Below, piece after piece: positions 53,431-64,000 of a stretch of 64,000 nt of DNA (position 1 is its first letter; each line of letters begins with the position of its first letter). The translations under genes and the position numbers were made by a program. The notes below the pieces were generated by a model that was not told the DNA's origin, ran no database searches, and saw only the letters and a program-made list of their open reading frames with translations. Source of the stretch: Octopus sinensis (taxonomy: Eukaryota). The stretch is taken from the NCBI RefSeq assembly GCF_006345805.1, contig NC_042999.1, positions 18,104,001-18,168,000 of the forward strand. The letters run 5' to 3'.

Positions 53431-54235
53431 TTCCACGTCACCCCCTATTCCTCCCCCTCATCGAACCTACCCTCGCCCGCACTTCCCGCCTCCTCATCCG
53501 TGCCACCATCCGTTCCACCCACTCCTTCCTTCATTCTCTTGACCACCAACTTCACAATTTCCTCACACATAAAAAAAACAAAAAACACCACCATCTTCAC
53601 AACCATTCACCTCCTTCCCCTCCCACACCCCATACACCCTCTCCTCCAGCTCCCCCGGCTCCCTGCATTCCCGCGTCCACCACACCCTTCCCCCATCCAC
53701 CCTCCACATACCCACACACAAGCAACCCTGACTTTTCCACCCCAACTCCATTTTCACCCAACCATTTCAACCCTCCTCCCCACACGTCTGCATCCACTCT
53801 CCCTGACCCCACTCACCCTACCACTCTGCTGCCACACACTGTTGTCAATATACCACCCAACCTCCCCCCTCTCCGCTGCCAAGCGCTCTCTCCTCAGTAG
53901 GGGACTCCGCTTCACGCCTCTCACGCTCCACTTCGACGAATTTGAAACCTGCAGCGACACCAGACAGTTCCTGCGCCGCATCATTCTATGCGCGTTTTTT
54001 CCACACGTCCACACAACATTCAAAATTTGACCGCGTGTGTACCGTTGGCGATGATTTTTCCTCCGTCTTCCCTTCTTTGGATCTTTCCTTTTCCTATGTT
54101 TCTGACGAAGTGCTCCGATCGAAACGTTAAATACTCCTTCTTTCTTTCCTTTCCTGATCGTCCAATAACACTACACTTGTTCTACGTCCTCGCGTTGTTG
54201 TGTTTTCTCATTGTATTTTCATGTTTGGATTAACT
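53431..54235 (+). mobile_element. Internally deleted Penelope-like element: ORF N-terminal part fused to pLTR
   Basis: VVNIPPNLP/LSAAKRSLLSRGLRFTP..FDEFETCSDTRQFLRRIILCAFF matches the PLE N-terminal motif (LS..E..LL.KGL.F.P..F.RR.RL..FF); pLTR with hammerhead at 54098-54132. Confidence 0.7.
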
Positions 54236-54263
54236 ATATATATATATATATATATACATACAT

Positions 54264-54308
<45 letters not shown>

Positions 54309-54310
54309 TA

Positions 54311-55001
54311 TACTAAGCAATAAGGGTTTAGCAACGAGTTGCCTTACCACATACCGAATTTAGAAATAGCAGTCAAAGGGTTATAGCTATTTCTTCTACT
54401 AAAAAGGGAGATCTCAGTAAAAACAGCATTTGGAAGGCAGACACAAACAGGTAAGAGAGAATGAATTGACTGCAATCTATCATACATTTTTTTAGTTATC
54501 CACGGACGTACGTTTCGAAATCAAGTTTTTAGGAAAGCATAAGAATTAAATATTAAATATTAAATAATTCTATCTTACCGAAACTTCTTTTCTCTTCAGC
54601 GTAGAATACTATAATCATAAATTTTGAGATACCAGAAGGCACCAACTCAACTCAGTATCAGAGCGAGCTAGAATCCGCAACTGGTATCACCGAATTCAAT
54701 TTGTGAATGAAACGATTGTGTCAACAGCCCCTTCCCACCCGCGTGTAGCCAAAACAAGATGCTGTGGTCATCTACTGAGATAAAATATGGTTATCCGTAA
54801 TAATGAAGGGTGAAATTAATTAATTTGGAAAAATTATCAATTACACCAAGTAGTCTTCGGCATGTAAAAGCCTCATTCGAGGAAAATTTAAGTAATACTA
54901 AGCAATAAGGGTTTAGCAACGAGTTGCCTTACCACATACCGAATTTAGAAATAGCAGTCAAAGGGTTATAGCTATTTCTTCTACTAAAAAGGGAGATCTC
55001 A
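54311..55001 (-). mobile_element. Putative 5'-truncated Penelope-like element with identical 106-bp direct repeats
   Basis: 54311-54416 equals 54896-55001; (TA)n flanks; interior minus translation LRILARSDTELSWCLLVSQNL*L*YSTLKRKE weakly resembles a GIY-YIG C-terminus. Confidence 0.5.
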
Positions 55002-55430
55002 TATATAGATCTCATGTATATATATATACATACCTGAAATATATATATATATATATTATATATATATATACATGCATACATACAATATATATATATATAT
55101 ATATACATGCATACATACAATATATATATATAATATATATATATATATATAATTGAAAAAAGTGTAAGGTTGGAGATTTATTTTCTATTACTACATTTGT
55201 TTCCAAGCCAAGCAACGTAGTTCTCCAGGCGTGCAAGTACTTGATTATGCAACCGTATCCCTGTATTATGAGATTCAAAACTTTTTCAATTATCTATTCT
55301 CACACTACAAATGGCCAGAGGCAACCGTAGATATACCTATAATACTACTATGACATAGCAGATGCCCAATTCTGGAGGTCGACAAGCTTTATTCTGTATT
55401 GTACTACGTTCTTCACAGAATATACTATAA

Positions 55431-55474
<44 letters not shown>

Positions 55475-55535
55475 TTGTGCGTGTGTTTGTGTTTGAATAA
55501 TTTCTCTTTTTTTCTGTGTTTTCTTGTTTGGATTA

Positions 55536-55570
<35 letters not shown>

Positions 55571-57004
55571 CTTCAAAGCTAAATGATTATATTAACTTGT
55601 GCAATCCATAATTTGACTAAATATTTTAATGAAACCTGGTATTCATGTTTAGATCTTCCAATCCAACTATATTTGAAATATATTTCATGACTTACATTAA
55701 CCATATGATAAATTCTTTGGGATACAAATGTGTATGGTATCTGAGATTGCTTCCTTTACATAATAATATAAACAAACAATTTGGAAATGTATATTATATT
55801 TCAATGATTTAATGTTCATTCATGTTGTTCCTAAGAAATATAAGACAATTGAAAATATATGTAAGGGGCTCCACTTCACACATAATATTGAGTTTTGGAT
55901 GATACTCAATGTCCGTTTACCTTATATTTCAATTTGCTTACAACAAATTATTTATAAATATAGTGCAAAGGTGTTAAATTGTGTTAAGGTCTGTTATTTA
56001 AGGAAATATTTCCATGGGAAAATTTAACTTCTAAAATTATCAATTCGTTTGTAATACACCAACTCATAAGATAATACAATAATATAGCTTTCAGTAAAGA
56101 AGATATGCTGAAGATATATGGACTGGTTCCATAGAGTTAAGTCAAAGGTAATGTATAAAGAACAAAGATAAAGCTTAAGCAGTTCTTAGAATAATTGAAA
56201 GTTCTCAGGTATTATTATTTATATAGAAGAACAGAGGGAAACCATTGATAATCGAAATGTGGGAATATGATGGGGTCATCTGGAAATATGAATATGTAGT
56301 CGAATATATTCTGATAATGTGAAAGTAGAGAGGAATTCGAAATATTAAAGAAGAATCTGGATTCCAAGGTGAAAGCATGATGATAAATTATCTGGAGCTC
56401 TTTTAGTGAGATTATATACACGTATGAGTAAATATGTAATAAATCTCGGGTTTGTAATTTAGTACTTTATTTTTTTCTATCGTAATTAATATCTATTATT
56501 AAAGACTAGGAGGGCAAATGGCGCAGAAATACAACACAATTTTTGTAGGGAACAGTTTTGTTACTATTGCCTAAGAAAATATTTCGTGGCTTCCATCAGG
56601 TTTATGATGCGTATCACTATATAATCGAGTAAAATATTCTGAGAAACATATAATTGGAGGCGTAGAGATAGGGGAAATTATATGAATATAAAATGCACAA
56701 CTGGTTATAAATTCGTTTAGTGATAGAAAATCACATACTTTCTGTATCAGTTAAATATCATTGTGCAGAACAGTAAAAGGGCTGTAATATTTAGAAAATG
56801 ATTTCATGCTTTTCGAAATAACAATAAACGTGCCAGAAAACAGAACTTAGGAAAATGTTTTGTTGTTTTAAATGGATGCTCGCTTAGCCATCTTTAATCT
56901 TAGCATATTTATTACACGGTAAGTTCAGTATTTCGCTGCCTTTTGTGAAAATATCTGTTTGCAGACTTACGCTTATCTTTCGAATTAAACGCCTTCGTCT
57001 AACC

Positions 57005-57428
57005 TTTGCTGTATTGCAGTGATGCCGCTTTTGCTACCGAAGAATCTGAAAAGATTACAGGCTCAAATATGCATTTTCAGTTACATTTAAGGAGGTTTAC
57101 GCTAATAATTTCCTTTAAGTATCGCTTAGAAACACGTGCGTAATAACAGATGTAAGTTGATCCGCATTAAAAAGAACAACTAAGATTAGATATTTAGGAA
57201 ATTATTGTCAGCTCTTACAGAGAATCCGACTATCCCGAAAATCATTTTCGTCGATTTTATTTATATTTCATTATGAATTGCATTTGAATATTTCAAATGT
57301 AATATGATTTAAAAACAAAGGATTTCAGAAGCTCTGTGTGAATGGATTCGACTACGGATACATACTGCTAGTTTGAAATGTAATATATATGTGTGTGTGT
57401 GTGTGCGTATGTGTGTGTGTGTATGTGT

Positions 57429-57478
<50 letters not shown>

Positions 57479-58795
57479 TAAATTAAATGAAATTTTTATT
57501 GCTATATTTTAAAAGAATTACCCATGGAAACTCGTTTCAACAAAGTATATTTTATTTTTTCTAATACAACCTGTCATTACTTACATTTTTAGTCCACTGA
57601 GGCAGAATTACATATCAGTTTCCATGGCATTCGCGGAGTCACCTATATGACCAACATGATTTGAGAAAGGTTTGAGGATTGGTGTTGCTGTGGGAAGCGA
57701 GAAGGAACCGTCGATGTATTATGGTATTTGGAGTTGGACGCAACAAGGCTCGTGAGACTAAGAAATATGTCTTTCATGGAAAGAGCACAGGAAATCAGGA
57801 AAAGAAATTCCTTTGAGCCACGAAACAGAACATAATATAATCGTCAACAGTCAAAATACAAACGCTGAAAGAAATGTAGATGACGGCCATGCGGAATGCG
57901 TACCTCGGTTATTTTCAGATCTTTGTCCGCCTATCTGCTTCTTGGTCCGACCACAGATGATTTCTTCAGAAAGAGGAAATACCAGAGATAGAATGAATGT
58001 GTGTGTTTGTGATCTCAGCACAAGGCTACTATTTTGTTTATCGACTACGATACATACCTTGGCCTAAGTGGAACCCTGAGCATAGAGATCCGAAGTAATT
58101 CAAGTAAAACATACCCTCTAATGGTTAAATGATCCTACATACTACCTTTCAATTTCTTACTTATATTACTAGAAGTAAAATAAAATATATAAGTGAATTC
58201 ATTTCTACTTTTGCTGTATTGCACTCAGTATGATGTCGCTTTTCCAGCCGAAGAAGCTGAAAAACTTACATGCTTAAACATGCATTTTCAGTTACATTTA
58301 AGGAGGTTTACGCTGATAATTACCTTTAAATATCGCTTAGAAACAAGTGCGTAATAACAGATGTAAATTGATCAGCATTAAAAAGAAAAGAAAATTTTAA
58401 TATTTAAGAAAATATTTAGGAAATTATTGTCAGTCCTTACAGAGAATCAGACTATCCTTTAAATTGTAAAAAAAATTGTAGCTACATGAAAAAATGTTTC
58501 ATCCATTATATTTTTAGATCTGTGCCAGCCTAGAAGGTTTCTTCCAGAAACAGGAAATTCCAGAGATACAGAGAGTATATGTGTGTGTTTAGGATCTCAG
58601 CACAAGGCTACTATGTTTTTTATCGACTACGAGACATACCTTGGCCTAAGTAGAACCCTGAGCATAGAGATCCGAAGTTATTCAAGTAAAACATTCCTTC
58701 TAACGGTTAAATGGCCCTGCATACTACCTTTCAATTTCATACTTATATTACTAGAAGTAAAATAAAAAAAATATAAGTGAATTCATTTCTACTTG
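57005..58795. repeat. Diverged local tandem duplication (A..B A'..B')
   Basis: About 57005-57240 matches 58210-58460; about 57915-58209 matches 58515-58795. Confidence 0.85.
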
Positions 58796-59533
58796 AATGT
58801 AGTGTGAATGTGTATGCATAATTTATCTGTATCTTGAAGTTCCATGATCTAGTAATATCGCAAAAAAAAAGGACAAAACAAAACAAAAAAAAAAGAAATT
58901 CCATGTCGCAACACGCAAATCTATTTCAATCTTTAGTTGCCGTCATTGGATTTAAGATTTACGACAAATACATTTTGGAAAATATCGAATGTGAAAGCCT
59001 CGTTTTCAACTTAAATATCTTGAAACTGAGAAATAAATCGCAATGACATTGGAATACTTCATATATCGCCTTTATATTGGTAATAAAAAATTCTTTCTAT
59101 TATAACTATATTCGATTTTTTCTTAAACATGGTATATTATACCATTCATAATATTCAGTAAACATTTAAATAACAATACTCTAAAATGCGGTCAATATGA
59201 ATTATTCAGTACGTAGAATAATGAATGCAGCCATATATTTGATGCGTTGGATTAAGCTATATTGTTATGTGCAAATGCTTACAGATTAGCTCAGCACTTG
59301 CCACACGGAATAAGAAAGCATAATTACAAAACGTCCTGAAATTTAGCAAAAAACCAAAAACGAAAATCTTAGAAAAAGAAAAACACCAGTGCAAAAATCC
59401 TTAAGGAATTTACATGATAGGAAACATCGATTCTATGAAAATATGAACCTGCTTACTTTTTTCAGTTTAAATGTCACTCGTGTGTATATGCATATATCTC
59501 TCTCTCCCCCCTCTCTCACTCTCTCTCTCTCTC

Positions 59534-59565
<32 letters not shown>

Positions 59566-59593
59566 ATATAATAAAATATATATATATATATAA

Positions 59594-59692
<99 letters not shown>

Positions 59693-60584
59693 TGTGTTAA
59701 AATCAGTGGTGAAAAGTATTTCTAAGAGAAGTACAAAATTGTCAGCAAATAAGGACATTTTTAATACCCATTCCCACCTATACAAATTCGCTTTGTCTCA
59801 GGCAGGATACGATAAAGAAATTAACTTTTCTTACTATTTACCTATAATTTCCTTCTATTTTGTTTTCTTATTTGATACATTTACCTGTTAACCTCTTATC
59901 CCCTATAAGTTGTTAATATTCTTAAATGTAGTTATAAACTTTCTAGTCTCTGAGAATTGATTATAACATGCCGATAATAAAGTACAAATAGTTTTTTGCA
60001 TATTTACAAGTGAACACACAGTTAAATATGAGTATGTATTAGTGCACAACATTTTTTTGTGATCCTTAGCTTATAATTAATATATATAGAAAGCACGATT
60101 TACCGCCCCAGTATTCCATAAGTAAATACGCAGAGCAGTTTTTATAGAAACCACATAATAAGTAAATAATTTAGTACATGAATGAATATTTATCTCATTC
60201 TGTGTAATCTTCCATTTCTAATATTGGAAATTGGTATATATACACATTTTATCTATCCTGGTTATAATATAATTTTTGATATCTTAAATTTTTATCTTTA
60301 TACAGCATAACAATATTGTTTATATACAATCAGCCATAATACCCTATAATAATTTCCTCTGTAGGTTTTATTAGCGCCTTGCTCCTTTAACTGGTAATTA
60401 ACATCTTGATTTAGAGTATTCCTCTACCCAGCCTCCCTTATAGACAGTCACTTTATACTAAACCTAAAGTCCTGACAATATATGACCATGTGCTGTCAAC
60501 TCACTTCTGCCCTCCAATTCTAAACAGACACAGTCCTCCAGTCTTAGATTTGGCTGTTGTCTATAAGATTAATGAATCAAAAAT

Positions 60585-61210
60585 TAATGTTCGAAACCTA
60601 GGTACAAGTGGTAAGTTTTGAAAATGCTTTCATTTTTCATCCCCTTCGAAATTACTCTTAACTATGGTTTGGGCTTTGACTGCTCTTTTTGGCACGTAAG
60701 TTGTCCTGTTAGAGCCACCTCTTTTGTGTATAAATATACACTAATTTTATATGAATAATATGTTGTCTATTGACAATTTTATGCATGGTGGCCACGGGTA
60801 GAAATATTTCTCTATTTTTTCTACCATATATATTTTCTTAATATGATTATATTAATTTTGAAGAATGTCGGCACATATCTTTATTTGTTGACGACTGTAA
60901 CTGCACGTGAACGGTGAATTTCAAAGATTATAATCTATAAAGATGAGACACGGGCCGTCTATTTGTTTCATAATTATACGTTGATAGTGGAGCGCCCTTG
61001 CTGCTGAAGAATACAGATAGTAAATTATTATATCTGTTCATTTATGTTCGAAATCTAGGTACAAGTGGTAACTATTGCAAAAGCTTTTTTTATTTTTTCC
61101 ATCCCTTTCGAAATTGCACTTAACTGTGTTTGCTCCTTTTAGCATGTAATTAGCATGTTAGGGTTACCTCCTTTGTGTATAAATGTGCCCTAATTTTACA
61201 AAGATAAATA
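60585..61210. repeat. Diverged duplication, 457-bp offset, with a conserved splice-donor-bearing block
   Basis: About 60585-60770 matches 61042-61210; 27 of 28 identity at ATGTTCGAAAYCTAGGTACAAGTGGTAA. Confidence 0.75.
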
Positions 61211-61212
61211 TT

Positions 61213-61254
<42 letters not shown>

Positions 61255-61273
61255 CGTGTGTGTGTGTTTGTGT

Positions 61274-61587
61274 GTGGAGGCGCAATGGCCTGGTGGTTAG
61301 GGCAGCGGACTCGCGGTCGTAGGATCGCGGTTTCGAATCCAGACCGGGCGTTGTGAGTGTTTATTGAGCGAAAACACCTAAAAGCTCCACGAGGCTCCGG
61401 CAGGAGGTGGTGATACCTGCTGTACTCTTTCACCACTCTTTCTCCCACTCTTTCTTCTGTTGGCCTGCTCGCTTAGCCAGCGGGGTGGCGTCATTCAAAG
61501 GCTAAAACAATGCGAACGCATTGTGACCAGCGATGTGTAACAACATCTGATGGTCTGGTCGGTCACGTGATCACGTGATCACGTGAT
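61274..61587 (+). mobile_element. Family B1 SINE, full length (tRNA-Arg-like head)
   Basis: Head as B2; tail (CACGTGAT)3 then (TA)n. Confidence 0.9.
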
Positions 61588-62180
61588 ATATATATATATT
61601 AACTAATACATAATTTCTTTTATATAAAGCCAAGTCGATCCATATTTTAGGGTGTAAGCTCGTTGACAGTTACTTTACGGTTGTGTGAGAGGTAAAAGGT
61701 ACAAATAAATCAAAAGTTATTCATTTGTCACGCGTAGTCCCAAGATGATTATATATGAGAATTATATATTCCCTGTGCATGATGTTTAGTATCCTCGGCC
61801 GCCATGTCGTTACATTAGCAGTGAGTATCTCAGTTGTTGTAAAATACTGAAAATACTGTCTCGAAACAGTTCATTCTTGACAGATGGTATCTAATACACA
61901 GCGGGCTAATATACAGCACATGCAAGAAAATTGTAGCAAATATGCTTCTTGGACTATAGGAGTGTACAGTCATATAAATATGTGCGTGCGCTCGCATTTG
62001 TGTGTATTGTATGGAAGACTTTCGGCAATGGAAGAGTCAAATCCATAGTTCATATGTATTTTAAGCTTTTTCAATATGTCTCACGCAACCCAAAGATGTA
62101 ACACAGCATGGTTTCATATCGCGATACCTACGCACGCGCATACACACACGCACACACACACACATATATATATATATGTA

Positions 62181-62301
62181 CTAGGCTGAGGAAGAAGTTC
62201 GTGCGCCGTGGCAAGGACTATTTTAACACACCATTCTTTAAAAAATAATACCGTGTTAAGATAATGCTTAACGCGACGCACGAACTTTTCCATCAACCTA
62301 G
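62181..62301. mobile_element. Mariner-type MITE with TA TSD
   Basis: TA|CTAGGCTGAGGAAGAAGTTCGTGCG ... CGCACGAACTTTTCCATCAACCTAG|TA; TIRs resemble Hsmar1/Made1-type ends. Confidence 0.8.
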
Positions 62302-62329
62302 TATGTATATATATATATATATTTGTTTA

Positions 62330-63480
62330 TATATTTGTTGTGCAAGATTTTTTTATGTGAAATCGTGTGTTGAAACAGATATTGTTAGATTTCGGAATGG
62401 TCATTTTGCCAGTTTAGCCAATAAAAACACACGCACTATATATTTGGTGTTACTTTGCTTCAGTGTTATTTATTTTTTACATTAATCTTGATCTTATTTC
62501 GGCCAGAGTTCTTTCGTCACACTCCTGTGACCGCATCAGAGGTCCTTTGTTTTCCTCCTTATTATTTGTGTCTCTCCTTACTAACCGTCGGCCATTTTGT
62601 ATTTCTATTGCATGTCTTCATTTGCGCATGCTTATATCTCTATGCGCATATATGTTTATTTAGTATGTGTGGGGGGATGCCTGTAATATTTGTATCTTCT
62701 GTTTATATACGTTCATGTAATTTGTTTTTGTTGTTGTTCTTTTTTTTTATTCTTATTTTGTTTATGTGTTTACATCCACTTATTATTATCATTACATATG
62801 CTTGTATGTATGTATGTATGTATAACAACAATACTAGTAATAATAATAATAAATAAATAAAAAATATAATATATTTATTTATTTCTATTTGTTTATTTAT
62901 CTGTGTATTTATTATGTTTTCGGGATCCTCTACCGTCATATGTTGTGGTGTGTGCTAGTGTTCCATTCTAGTTTTCTATTCAGGCTTGGTTTATTTTCTA
63001 TTATGTCTGTAGCTTCTGTAATTTGGCTGATTGTTGCATCTGTTCTATGTGTGGACATTATTTTAATTTCTATGTTGTTGATTGATACCCCGTGTTTCTG
63101 TTCGGCGTGTTGGTACAGAATCGATGAGCTTTTACCTTCCTTGAGTTGTCCCCAATATTCATTTATCCGCTCTCCTATGCTTCTTGCCGTTTCCCCTAGG
63201 TATGTCGTTGTCTTGTTACAGCATCGTTCCTCTATACATCTTATACTATAGACTACATTTCTGGCTTTACAGTTTGTTTGTGGGCTAAATCTACATACAG
63301 TACTTATCCGTAGAGGGGGTTCTACTAAAAGGATAGGTTCTACCAATTATAGATTTGATAGGGTGGCCTGACTTTTCAACAACCTTAATCCTTAGCTTAA
63401 GTTTCTCTAGGGTCCGTCTAAAGCGGTACGCCAGTTCACCTCCAGGGGTGGTGTCAATGAACATGACACTCTGGTATATA
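62330..63480 (-). mobile_element. 5'-truncated Penelope-like element: linker, GIY-YIG endonuclease and 3' region
   Basis: SVMFIDTTPGGELA..IKVVEKSG..; NCKARNVVYSIRC..YLGETARSIGERINE..LYQH..H..E..I.ENKPSLNRKLEWN; one frameshift near 63300. Confidence 0.85.
62501..62545 (-). ncRNA. Hammerhead-like motif with A9C core variant
   Basis: GGACCT CTGATGC G GTCAC-AGGAGT-GTGAC GAAA GAAC TC TGGCC. Confidence 0.45.
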
Positions 63481-63484
63481 AGGT

Positions 63485-63681
63485 AAATAGTAATAATGTA
63501 TTTTGAATGGCACAACAATACATTGTAATAACAACAATGGACTACAATAACTGGTGTCATTCAATCATCCACAGACTGATATACCAGGCGATGGATGGCT
63601 AAATTACACCAGTTATAATAGTTCATTGTTGTTATTATAATGTATTGTTGTGCCACCATTCAAAACACATTATTAGTATTT
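63485..63681. mobile_element. About 195-bp foldback palindrome (MITE-like)
   Basis: Arms of about 75 bp with few mismatches and one 3-nt indel; inner CATCCA/TGGATG pair. Confidence 0.7.
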
Positions 63682-63732
63682 ATTATTATTGCTCACAAAT
63701 AATACACCATGCTTCAAGCGAACTACAATATA

Positions 63733-63818
<86 letters not shown>

Positions 63819-63910
63819 TATTAATTCGAGACCAAACAACTATTTTGCAAAACAAACAAGGAAAGACTTAATCAATACATAAAAAATTTTTAATATAAAG
63901 AAATAAACCG

Positions 63911-63953
63911 CCACTACAATCGTTTCATGTCTTCAATGACATTCGTCAGGTGG
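63911..63953 (-). ncRNA. Minimal type I hammerhead ribozyme, apparently intact
   Basis: CCAC CTGACGA ATGTC-ATTGAA-GACAT GAAA C-GATT-G TA GTGG: full core, 4-bp stem I, 5-bp stem II, GUA cleavage triplet. Confidence 0.75.
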
Positions 63954-64000
63954 ATTTTCGATCTCCTAATCTGTTTTATATATATATATATATATTATAT

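Noticed and set aside
53239-54030. 263-aa and 180-aa Pro/His-rich ORFs as host genes
   Set aside because: Chimeras of SINE antisense sequence and the C-rich PLE N-terminal region.
54805-54895. Hammerhead-like CTCGAATGAGGC..GCCGAAG and nearby CGAAACGTACGTC (about 54500-54520), minus strand
   Set aside because: Core spacing and stems I/III do not fit; no matching CUGANGA partner.

Overview
AT-rich, microsatellite-dense eukaryotic DNA with no recognisable host protein-coding gene. The SINE repertoire and repeat landscape resemble a coleoid cephalopod, most likely Octopus; this is inferred from remembered repeat sequences, not a database match. The window looks intergenic or deep-intronic. Most listed ORFs are translations of microsatellites or SINE bodies. 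Real coding remnants are transposon-derived: a maT/DD37D-like transposase, a mariner fragment, RTE 3' ends, several R4/Dong-like ends stacked in (AAT)n, a young Tx1/L1-like 3' end inside (TATC)n, and Penelope-like elements (PLEs). Four tRNA-derived SINE families, non-autonomous Helitrons and a mariner MITE are also present. The most notable signals are: (i) seven hammerhead-ribozyme-like motifs in PLE-type repeats, one intact and several with core variants or compensatory changes; (ii) partitioning of different retroelements among different microsatellites; (iii) recurrent head-to-tail SINE arrays with one shared junction; (iv) a duplicated splice-donor-bearing block that may be a small exon. 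All alignments, folds and translations were done by eye, so repeat boundaries are approximate (about 10-20 bp).
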